From Stegostoma tigrinum (taxonomy: Eukaryota), in NCBI RefSeq assembly GCF_030684315.1, contig NC_081369.1, positions 17,756,658 to 17,817,753 on the forward strand: 61,096 nucleotides of DNA, given 5' to 3'. A program made the translations under genes and the position numbers. The notes beneath the pieces are model-generated. The model worked only from the letters and a program-made list of their open reading frames with translations. It did not search any database and was not told where the DNA came from. Below are positions 34,563 to 45,984 of this stretch, piece by piece (the stretch's first letter is position 1; each line of letters opens with the position of its first letter).

Positions 34563-37500
34563 ATGGCATTCTTCTGGCTTCTCTCCTGCTTTGCCTTCAT
34601 TGGATTCAGTTATGGTAATCCTGTTTTAAACCAATTACTCGTTATAATCATTGGCATTAAAGATATTTGGTTCAGATACTGTCAATAATGTAGTACTTTA
34701 ACAACTGCTTCTTTCTACCTGGACTTTAGGCTGTGGCACTCCTGCCATCTCTCCTGTCGTCACTGGCTATGCTCGAATTGTCAATGGTGAAGAAGCTGTT
34801 CCAGGATCCTGGCCATGGCAGGTGTCCTTACAGGTGAGTTGAAGCAGTTGAAAGACGCATAATAGAAATGATTTATAATTGTTCTGTTGAAATTTAAGCA
34901 TTCAATACTGTTTTGACTTGCATGAGTTCAACACATCCTCTATACTTAGCGTGACGTTTGTCAAATATTTAGAAACTGGACTAGAAATGGTAAGGAGAAA
35001 TATTAAAGGATTATTCCTCTTTTTTTCACACATGAGAGAGATAGAGATGAAGAGTCACATGATATTATGCTTTACCCAGATAAAACAGACTTCTGTACAT
35101 TTGATTATTCTTTTGATTATTACTTTTGTAAGATAATTACAGGTTTTTTAATTTCCATTGTACTAGTGAAAGACCATTCCTCTATGTTCATATTTTTGCC
35201 TTCATATGAATAGATGATCAGGTTTCAATTACATATCCTTTCCTTCATCCATGAGTGGGCCTAGCCTGCACTTAGATACAAAAAACAACTTTCATATGTC
35301 TCTAAAAACCATTATAATTTCTTTTTATATTATCTCATATTGTTTCTCACATCTCATTTTAGTTTTTTGATATACCTCCCCATCTCTTTTTCTGTGTTCC
35401 TCTTAACTAACATTGGTCTGTCCTAGTGTTAAATGATTTCCTTATACGTTTCAATGGTGCTTTATCTCTCTCTGTACAGCCTTGGAGCTCTCCCATGAAA
35501 TATATTCCACCTCTGTCCGATATGTTTAAAACTCTCATTGCTGATCTGATGACTCACTTGCTAACATCCTTGTTTATTCAATTAGACCAAAGTCTCTTCT
35601 TACAGAGAAACAGTTTACAGTATAGATCTTCATCATGCACCTTCCAGTAAAATTGGACCCACTCCCCCTTGTTAAATAAACTAACAGTCTCCTATACACC
35701 CGTGAGATGCTGAAATGCTATTTCATCTGCTATGACATTATGATAATTTTTCATTCAGCCCGAATTGGAATATGGAGCAGATATGTCGTCAAGAGGAATC
35801 ACAAAAGGAGCAATGCAAAGCTATTGAAAGCATCCAGAGAAGGGTTTGCAAAGTCATTCTTTGCCCTAATGTAGTTATTCAAATGCCTTACACAATTAAG
35901 GTCTTGAGACTTTTAATTGCAGATGCAATCAATTCTGTTTAACTGTCATGAGATTGCCGCTGACTCCAAATTTGATTACTTGTTACTTACAAACAAAGCT
36001 ACAGAACTCAAACAATTAACTGAATTAAAATATAAAAAGACAAAATTTAAGAATTCTCATGTGCCACATCTCATCTACACAATGAACAAACTCTAACGAC
36101 CGTTAGACTTTGAATCTTGATAATGTACTGTAATCTGATGATCAACGCATTACTCTGTTCATAGAATCATAGAATCCCTACAGTGTGGAAACAGGCCCTT
36201 TGGCCCAACAAGTCCACACTGACTCTCAGAGCACCCATCCAGACCCTTCCCCTATAACCCACCCAATCTACATATTGCTCAACACTATGGGCAATATTTC
36301 ACGGCCAATCCACCTAGCCTGTACATTTTTGGACCATGGGAGGAAACTGGAGGACCCAAAGGAAACCCACACAGACACAATGAGAATGTGCAAACTCCAC
36401 ACAGACAGTTGCCCCAGGGTGGAATCAAACCTGGGTCCCTAGCGCTGTGAGGCCAGCAGTGCTCACCACTGAGCCATCATGCTGCCCCACAGTTCTTTCT
36501 GGTTCTTTATACCTTTTGAGTGTTTTGTAACAAATACAGGAATTGCTGGAAAAGCTCAGCAGGTCTGGCAGCATCTGTGGTGAAAAACCAGAATTAACTT
36601 TTCGGGTCCAGTGGGTCACTGTTCCTATTTGGCATGTTCATTGGAATGACTGATGATAAAACTTGCTTCAATTTGGCCTTCTGGGTGATTCCAATATTGA
36701 TTTTCAAATAAACCTTTGAATTGAGGTTTACAGTGAGATTGTAGATGACAACATGGCGTCACTACACATCTTATTTCTTTCTATCATAGACTGATTCTGG
36801 CTGGCATTTCTGTGGTGGCTCTTTGATCAATGAAAACTGGGTTGTCACTGCTGCACATTGTGAAGTGAGGTAAGTCACATTAAGACCTGTCCCAAAAAAT
36901 AGAGATGGAATTGTTAACATTTTTCATTAAAGAAAAGCGTAATGCAAAATGTGAACTGTGGGTCAGGGGAAAGCCTTGATGTGAACTATACCAACATCCT
37001 TCCCAGAAGAGAGTTAGGAAAGTCAGAGGATGATTGGCTAGTGACCATGACAAGAAAGTAGTTCTCAATTTGAAATGCGAATGCTATGAAGCTTAGAACT
37101 GCTGACATTTTGCCGCAAATGTACTCACTGTTATCTTCTCTTTTATCTGGAACAGTACTGCAGATTTTGTCATTGTTGGTGCCCATGACAAAAGTTTAAC
37201 AACAGAATTGAGCCAAAAATCAATGTCCATTGCCAAGGTATGTATGAGTTCCTCTGTAAGCCAAGGATTCTATGTAAATCCAACCCACATTTGGATGAAA
37301 TCCGTGTTAAAATCTGAAACAATTGTGGGGGGGTGGCATTGGCACCCCAGAGAATAACCACACTTGGCAGGATCTCCAAAGTAGAAGTGAGCCATTCTCT
37401 GATATTGATATCCCAAACATACTTGGACATTAAATGCTATAATTCTGACAACTATATCATTATCCACGTTTAAACTCGTTGGAAGCAAAAGTTACTTTTG

Positions 37501-40474
37501 ACTGCTCACTGATGTAAGAAAGAAACAATAGCAGACACTGACTGTCATAATTCCACTTGCCACATGCCCCCAAGCTTTGGGCCCTTGTTTCAATCCACCT
37601 CTCGAATATTATAGGCCTCTGAGCTTGTGACCAGCAGTATGATGATCTGATGAACTGTTAACAAAATTATTGACACGATTGTGATTGAGAAGACAAACTC
37701 TAGCATACATACATGCATGCAAGAAAGAGGAAGGAGAGGTCTAAATAGTTAAAACTCCAAGTAGTTAAAACTGGTATCAATAGATCTAATTTACCAAGAA
37801 TATGATGAATTCTATTAATAAACAGAACACTCTATTAAGAAACCAATTTTTTAAAAAAATTAAAATGAAATTTAAAATTTATTTCAGATTATAATGAGCC
37901 ATCAGGAGGATCAGTCTATGACTTTTAATTTTGTACATCCATTTGGTTTCTATTAACTTGCTGACCACTCGCTCTTTTGTCCAGAGTTTGAACTATAAAT
38001 AGCATTATCGATTAGCTTTGCACCTCCAATAGGAAGGCGTACATTAGCTTTTGTTACGGAAACAATTTGCCTTCTGAAATCTGCAGCTGAATTAACTGTG
38101 TACCCTATACTGCCAAACAAGAGTAATGAGGCCAGCCACTATTCCTGCTCCATCCCTTGCAGGTCGTTACTCATCCCAAGTGGAACCCTTATTACATTAA
38201 CTATGACGTTGCTGTGGTGAAGCTTGCATCCCCTGCTCAATTCAATCGACATGTATCCTCAGTCTGTCTCGCTGCTGTAGCAGATTACTTCCCAGCTGGC
38301 ATGAAATGTGTCACAACTGGATGGGGAAGGACCCGTGCACACCGTACGTCAAATTCAAACTTTAGCAGGTGATCTAATACAATGCAGTTGAGTCTTCGTC
38401 TGTCATCGATATTGGTTTTGTACCTTCACTCCGCTTCCCTCTTTGAATAGCATAAATTCCTGAAGACATTTATTGACAGGCTGTCTGACAGTCTGACAGA
38501 TTTAGCTGGAATTATTGCTTGCAGCTGATAGAGTGGTCATTCCTAAACAACAGATTCATGGGCTCCCACAATCCAGACCCATGTGAATGGACAGTGCACG
38601 CTCACCAGATACAAGTGTCCCACACTGGCCTTCATTTGCTGGAGCAGGATTTGATCCTTGCACCTTCCGGCCCATTAGTGTGATTCATTAAGCAGAAATC
38701 CTAACAATTACACTGACCAAATGTCTCTTTTCATTTGCTCATATTGAGTGTCAATGAGGTTGCATTTTCCAAACATAATTCACAGAAATAAACAAGATAG
38801 TGACGGAGATAATGGGAACTGCAGATGCTGGAGATTCCAAGCTAATAAAATGTGAGGCTGGACAAACACAGCAGGCCAAGCAGCATCTCAGGAGCACAAA
38901 AGCTGACGTTTCGGGCCTAGACCCTTCATCAGAGAGGGGGATGGGGGGAGGGAACTGGAATAAATAGGGAGAGAGGGGGAGGCGGACCGAAGATGGAGAG
39001 TAAAGAAGATAGGTGGAGAGAGTGTAGGTGGGGAGGTAGGGAGGGGATAGGAAGGGCTGACCTATCCCCTCCCTACCTCCCCACCTACACTCTCTCCACC
39101 TATCTTCCTTACTCTCCATCTTCGGTCCGCCTCCCCCTCTCTCCCTATTTATTCCAGTTCCCTCTCCCCATCCCCCTCTCTGATGAAGGGTCTAGGCCCG
39201 AAACGTCAGCTTTTGTGCTCCTGAGATGCTGCTTGGCCTGCTGTGTTCGTCCAGCCTCACATTTTATTAGCTTAAGATAGTGACGGACGAAGGTTTAGTT
39301 TCTGCTGGTTGGTGGAGAGGTTGTTCAGGGTCCTCTTGTCCTGTCCTGTTTTATTATTTTCATTGTCATGGGATGTGGGTGTCACTGACAAGGACAGCAT
39401 TTGTTATCTACCCCTAATGTTCCTTCAAGTGAGTGGCTCGCCAAACCATTTCAGAGGAGAGTTAAGAATCATGCCTATTTCCGAAGGTGACGGCAACAAA
39501 TGTATTTCCCTAAAGAAGGTCAATTAACCAAATAGATTTTTACAAAATCAATTGTAGCTTCATGGTTAGAATTAGTGGAATTTAAATTTCACTGGCTACT
39601 TTAGTGGGAATTAAACTCATATTCCCAGTGCACTAGTCTGGGTCGATATATTATTAGCTCAGGTTCACTACCAGTACACCATGGTCTCCCTCTAATATTA
39701 CAATCGTTTGTGGTACCACAGGAGGCTGTTGTTCAGACCGGTCAAATGATCTGTTATAATGAGAAACTAATGCTCGGGAAGACAAATGTGGAGATAAGCA
39801 AATCCTGTTGCTAAGAGAGCCAGAAACAAATTGCAAAACATTCTGTTCAGCCACATTTGCCTAAAATCAAATGTGCTTTTTTACCCCCAACCTTTGTCAG
39901 TTCTGAAGAAGCCATGCCAGACTCGAAACATTAATTTCGCTTCTTGATCAGCAGATGCTGCCAGATCTGCAGAATTTCTCCAGCATTCTCTGTGTTTAGT
40001 ATTGTTTACAACCATTGAAAGCACTAATGGATTAAAGCATAGAAAAACTTTAACAAAAACTTGAATCAGGTATCACCTTATTTACTTGCAGCTCCTGAGC
40101 GCCCAGATACACTACAGCAAGCAGCCCTCCCTCTCCTTACCAATGCTCAGTGTAAGCAGTACTGGGGTAACAAGATCACGGACATCATGATCTGTGCTGG
40201 TGCCTCAGGAGCGTCCTCTTGCATGGTATGAACCTGCCCCAAGGTATTTTACACTTTCTCCAATTATAAAACAAAACTAAAACTAAAAGTCTAAACTCTA
40301 TCTCATTTACAGGGTGACTCTGGTGGACCTCTTGTCTGTCAGAAGGACAATGTCTGGAATCTGGTTGGCATCGTTTCTTGGGGCAGTAGCTCCTGTTCCA
40401 CCTACGTGCCTGGGGTCTATGCCCGCGTAACTGAACTCAGAGGATGGATTGAAGAGACCATTGCCACAATCTGA
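34563..40474 (+). CDS. Chymotrypsinogen B-like paralog 1, 264 aa; exons 34563-34614, 34730-34833, 36790-36869, 37156-37237, 38163-38343, 40092-40225, 40313-40474
   Basis: [33 protein letters not shown]|[19 protein letters not shown]; TAAHC (His57), NYDVAVVKL (Asp102), SSCMGDSGGP (Ser189/Ser195), Gly216/Gly226. All introns GT-AG; 795 nt in frame. Orthology to CTRB1, CTRB2 or CTRL cannot be resolved by eye. Confidence 0.95.
36161..36488 (-). mobile_element. HE1-like V-SINE in intron 2 of paralog 1
   Basis: Full-length homolog of 5042-5380 with an (ATAGAATC)2 tail. Confidence 0.85.
38806..39273. mobile_element. Penelope terminal foldback with 213-bp arms and a 12-14 bp TSD, in intron 5 of paralog 1
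   Basis: 38839-39051 vs 39061-39273 are reverse complements with 3 differences. AAGATAGTGACGGA at 38794-38807 and 39274-39287. Confidence 0.93.
39180..39207 (+). ncRNA. Minimal hammerhead-ribozyme-like motif of the Penelope 3' end (mirror copy at 38905-38932, - strand)
   Basis: CTGATGA-A-GGGT(CTAG)GCCC-GAAAC-GTC: core boxes, stem II, palindromic ACGT in place of stem III, and a GUC triplet. Stem I is weak. Confidence 0.6.
39355..39690 (-). mobile_element. Decayed SINE of the 6349 family
   Basis: catgggatgtgggtgtcactgacaaggacagcatttg matches the 11527 region. Confidence 0.55.
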
Positions 40475-40505
40475 TTGCAAAACAGGAACATGAGATGAAA
40501 GATAA

Positions 40506-40511
40506 AATAAA
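40506..40511 (+). terminator. Polyadenylation signal of paralog 1
   Basis: AATAAA 32 nt after TGA. Confidence 0.7.
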
Positions 40512-40899
40512 CTGATTCGTTCAAAATGCAAACTGACTTTGTCTATTTCTTGATGACTCTGAAGTGTGTGGGGAATGTCTAAATTATTTAGCTTTCGCTG
40601 TTGGTGATGCTGATAAGGAGGCCTTTAACCTTCCACAGTTGTCAATTTAGTGAAAGTTTTCTTGAAGCATTGCAGTTTGCGTGGTGAATGCGCTTTTACG
40701 ATGTTGTTAGGGAGAACTTTGCTCTAGCAATGATACAGTGACATAATTCCAAGTGAGGATCGTGTGTAACTTGGAGGGGATCTTGCAGCTTCTGGTGTAC
40801 ACATGCTGTCCTAGTCCTTCTAGGTGATAGAGGTCACAGGTTTGCAAGGAGCTGAGGCAATGAAGCTTGCTGTCTAATGCAGAACTGTGGAAAGGATAG

Positions 40900-43770
40900 A
40901 GCACAGAAAGTGTCCATTCAACCTATCCTTTCTGTGCCGGCAGAATAAACTAGCCACCCATTCTAATTTCATTCGTCAGCACTTCGACTGTAGCATTGCA
41001 GGCTCTGGTAATTCAGGTATAGATCCAGACTCTTTTAAATGAGTGAGGGTTTCCTCAGCAAAATCAGGTGCCCACCCTCTGGATGGAAGGGATTTTCTTC
41101 ATGTCACTTCTAATCCCTTCAGAAACGTTCTGTCCACAATGTCTCATCTTTTTGTACACCTCAATTAAGTTACTCCTCAGACTCTCTGTTCGATGGAAAA
41201 ATAACCCTAGTTGATTCGATCTTTCCTCATAGCTACAGTTTTCAACACTTGGCAACATTCTTGCAAATCTCCTCTGCACTGTCTCAAGAGCAATTATGTC
41301 CTTCCTGTAATACCACCAGAACTGTACACAATACTCTAGCTGTGGCCTAACCTGTGTTTAATATAGTTCTAGTATTACATCTCTCCTGTTGTAGTTGTTG
41401 CCTTACCCAATAAAGAAAAGTATCCCATATGCCTTCTGTACCACACTATCTAGCTGTCCTGCCACCTTCAGTGACCATGGGCAAACACTCCAAGGTCTCC
41501 CACTTCCTTCACCCCTCTCAATACTCTCCAGTTATTGCATATTCCCTTGCTCTGTTTACCCTCCCCAAGACATAACCTCCATATTTTTCTGGATTTTATT
41601 TCGTTGCAACTTTTCTGCTTACTTAGCCAAACCATTGGTACCATTCTGCAGTCAACAGCTATTTTTTCACTATAAGCTACGCGGCCAATTTTTATGTCAT
41701 GTATAAAGTTCCCAAATTGTGCCTGCCAGCTTTAAGTTTAAATTATTAATATAATCACCACAAATAGCAAGGGGCACAACCCTGAGCCTTGTGAACAACC
41801 AGTGGAAACTGCTTTCCACATGTGATAACTATGCTTCATTTCCTGTCAAAGAGCTAATTTTTGATCCAACTCACCACATTCACCTGTATGCCATGACCTT
41901 TACTTTTTTTGACAAGTCCATGGGATTTGGTCAAATGCCTGACTAATGTCTATGTAGACATTATCTCCTGCACTACCTTCATCAATCTTACTTGTTAGTT
42001 CCTCAAAATCGTAATTAAGTTAGTAAGACCCAACCACTCTGATTGTCCCTGATTAATCCGAGCCATTGTAAGTAACAATGAATCCTCCCTCTGATTATTG
42101 ATTTTAGCAACTTGTGCACCACCAAGGTCAGGCTGACTGGCTTATAATTATTTGGCCTATTCCTCAAACCCCTTTTAAACAATGTTACAACATTCGCAGA
42201 CCTCCAATCCTGCGGTTCCTCACATGTATCTAATGAGGATTGGGAAATGGTCATCAGAGCATGTATTACTTCCTCGATAACAAAATGTGAGGCTGGATGA
42301 ACACAGTGTGCTCCTGAGATGCTGCTTGGCCTGCTGTGTTCATCCAGCCTCACATTTTGTTATCTTGGAATTCTCCAGCATCTGCAGTTCCCATTATCTC
42401 TGATGTATTACTTCCTCCATCGTTTTCTTTAACAGCCTGGGGACAAATCATCCAGCCTTGGTGATGTGCCCATCTTAGAGTCGGACAATCTTTCTAGCAC
42501 TTCCCTTCTCATTATACTTATTTTATCTAATATTTCACACTCCTCCTATGTAGCTAAAATATTGTATCATCCCTCCACTTTATGAAAACAGAGAGAAAAT
42601 TCATCAAAAATTCAACAAACATCTTCAACATCTATGCACAGGTTACTACATACATCTGAGATAGGCCCAATCCTTTCCTTAGCCACTCTTTTGCTCTAAA
42701 AGCTAATAAAAACTTTATTTTCCCTAATTTTACCAGACAATATTGTTTGTTTCCTCTACTTGCTTACATTATTTCCTTTTTCATTTCATCAATGTAACTT
42801 TCAGTACTCCCCTTCCTAAAGAATCACTTTTCAAAATTATCATAAACTTTAACTTTCTGTTTTGTCTTACCCCATATGTTTCTGACTAATCGGTGTATTG
42901 GACTTTCCGGAACCATCCTTTTTCCTTTATGGATCATGTGTAGAATCTTGCTTTAGAATGCCTCCCATTGATTCGCCACTGACTTTCCTTCAAGTGGCTG
43001 TGTCCAGTCCACTTTGCCTGATCATCTTGGTAAAATTTGCCTTCCCCTAATTTTGAACTTTTCTCCTCTTCCATATTTGCTAAATCTAACTCTATGGTGA
43101 TCACCGCCTCTAAAACAGTCACCCACTGTTATTTCATCCACCTGCTAATCTTCATTTCTTAAGACTAAATCTAGAACTGCATCTTCTGTTATTGGGCTTC
43201 ATAAGCACTGGTTCTGAAAATTCTCATGAATGCAATTCAAGAATTTTTGTCTTCTGTGCCTTTCACACAGTTTGTATTCCAGTTGATACTTGCATCATTA
43301 AAGTCACTAAGTATTACTGAGGAAGGGTCACTGGACCCAAAACATTTAGTCTGAATTTTTCCTTCACAGATGCTGCCAGGTCTGTTGAGCTTTTCCAGCA
43401 ACTTCTGTTTTTGTTCCTGATTTACAGCGTCTGCAGTTCTTTTGGCTTTTAACTATTACTATCCTCTTGATTTTGCACTCAGAAATTTGCCAACATATGC
43501 CCTTCTCCATCCTGCCTGAGAACTTCATATCCAGGGATGTGAAGCTACCATCCTTAAGGCTCTTTAAACCAGGTTTCCCTTACAGCAATAATACCATGAT
43601 GCTACATGGTTCTCTGTGCCCTCAGTTTGCTGGTTTTGTTTGCTCTTTATTTATATATTATATTGGGAAATTAGATATTTGCAACAATTGTACCAATTCT
43701 CCCACCAGTTGTGGTAATCAGTAACTGAGAGACCTGGTAATTTGTGCATCAAATGCTGGTGTTCTGCTAA
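40900..43770 (-). mobile_element. Degenerate CR1-type LINE (APE to RT), with nested Penelope pieces
   Basis: QRRFARMLP (41064..41279) and PQDWRSANVVTLFKRG...NYKPVSLT (42015..42353). Confidence 0.75.
42276..42402. mobile_element. Short Penelope foldback with a 15-bp TSD, nested in CR1
   Basis: ATGTATTACTTCCTC at 42261-42275 and 42403-42417. Confidence 0.9.
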
Positions 43771-45789
43771 ATTTCTTTCTGGCCGTGTAGGCCTCTATGG
43801 TCTGGCCACGTAAGTGCGGGAACCTTTCCAATCACCCCGTGTCTCAGTGAAAGCAAATGTAGAAAGGGGATTGAAGAACAGATCTTAGGAAGCAAATGGG
43901 ATTTCTCATCAGACACTGTGCACTGGTGCTATTGAAATGTGTTTCCCAATACTTTTCTCTCCACCCATAAGATCAATGTTTTTCTTATTTGTCTCTGTCT
44001 GTCTTTGTATATGTATAGGGCCATGATCTCCAACACACAGATTGTGATCAATCGGGTGATCACAGAGTCTCTGACAGTCCACTTGTGTTCCTTGCTACAC
44101 ACGTGTCGATTGTCACATTGCTACATAGCCTCACAGCTCAGAGAAAAGTACATGCTTTTAACAGGCTTTGCCAACTTGTTGCATTGTGTTTGGTTTGGTT
44201 CAAATGGACCATCATTTCAGGGTAAAGTAGGTTTTGTGGCAACAATAAAGCCCATGAGCACAGTAAACATTCATTCACTCCACCATAAGAATAATATGGT
44301 TGCTGAGTATACTTCACACCTAACCCCACAATAAGCATTTTGCCAGAACCTTCTAAATGTGCAAACTCTGCCAATTAGACAAACAGGACAAGCAGGTGTA
44401 TGGCAACACTACAAACTCTAAGATGCACATTATCCTGAATTGGAACTGTATGGCCGTTATTATGCTACAGTGGGAGCACCTTATGCACAGAGACTGCAGT
44501 GTTCAAAGTGGTGGTTCATCAACTAACAGGGGCTTAACTAGAAGTGTTAACACAATACAATGTATACTTGATGAAGTCTCTGTACAAAATTGTAAACATA
44601 CTATGGAGTCAATAGGATGACAGCTCAGGATCATGATCATCCCTTCCTTGCAACCTTTAACCAAGTGACCAGGCAAAAGTCACAGGAAACTGCAAAGGCA
44701 AAAACCTGAACCATCTCCAAGTTGCAGTGAGAAAGAACACTGGTGTAAATGTAAAGAGATTACCATTATTTAGAGTATAAATTGATCAGTTTTCTCCTAC
44801 TCTCATTGCCCAGATCACTGAAGACCAGATTAATCTCCTGCTGAATTTCAATTAGATTTCATTGAAAATCATTCCTGCAGTAACAGTGACGCTTATCTCC
44901 ACAGATTGCTCACTTCCTGATTCTGATGAGGTTGTGAGTTGATGACTGAAAGTGAGGGGAGCCATTCATCTACATGAAAGGCAGGAAGTCAGCATCATCT
45001 ATACTTGTGGCCAGTTGAAGAACAGTGTAGACAAAAAGATCTTGGGCAATACAATCACGAAGATTTGGAAATACAAACGTCATTTATCATGCTTACCATT
45101 TTATTGTTATAATTGCTATTATCCTTTACCAAATACTATCAGTTTAGAAACAAAAACAGAAATGACTGGAAAAGCCCAGCAGGTCTGGCAGCATCCATGG
45201 AGAGAATGTTTTGGGTCGAGAGTCCCTTCCTTGGAACCCTTCAGTTTGGATCTATGTAACACTACCTTTGAATTCGAAACTTTGGGATTTAAGCACACAG
45301 ACATTTTTATTTTGGATAGTTAGGTGAAGGGAAGAGATTAAACTACACCATCCAAAACAAAGATTGTGTCTCTGATAACAACAAAAGAAAATGGTTAGCC
45401 CGAACACTGTCTGTGGATCTTGCTGTGTGCAACTAGTTTTGCCGAAATAAAAGTGATGAATCTTTTAAAAGGCTAGCAATTCACTCACCACAAACATTTT
45501 GCAAAAGACTGGGAGATGTCGGTGGTTTTGAATGTTAGTTTCTTAATTTCTATCAACAATCTAAGTCATTCTTTTTCCTGTTCTTGGGATGAATGCCCTT
45601 TTGTACATTCTCGTACTTATTTGCTTGCTTACAAGCTTTTACAGTAAACGAACAGGAGTTTGTAGTAATCATTATTGCTTTGTATAACTTGAAATGTTAC
45701 CCAACATTTTGAAATACATGACTTTACTAATCAATTACTTCCAAAATACTTCTGTGAAAAATATCATTTATCAATATTTTATCAGTGAA

Positions 45790-45949
45790 CAGCTGAAAGT
45801 ACCCAAGGTTCTTTCTAATTTAGTGATATCTATTCAAAAACCTTGCAATTAATTAGTTTACTTTGGAAACAATTCAGCTGCATGTAATGTGAATGAAAAT
45901 TCAGACTTTTATCTATTAGATACCCAACGTCACAATTCTACTATATAAA
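45790..45949 (+). promoter_or_regulatory. Promoter of chymotrypsinogen paralog 2
   Basis: TATATAAA 45942-45949; E-boxes CAGCTG at 45790 and 45875; shared 14-mer at 45856-45869. Confidence 0.65.
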
Positions 45950-45984
45950 GTCGCAACCATAGTCTTCAAGTACTGACTAGAACC

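Noticed and set aside
38751-39280. The same peptide encoded on both strands ([15 protein letters not shown]...)
   Set aside because: A consequence of the foldback repeat, not a gene.
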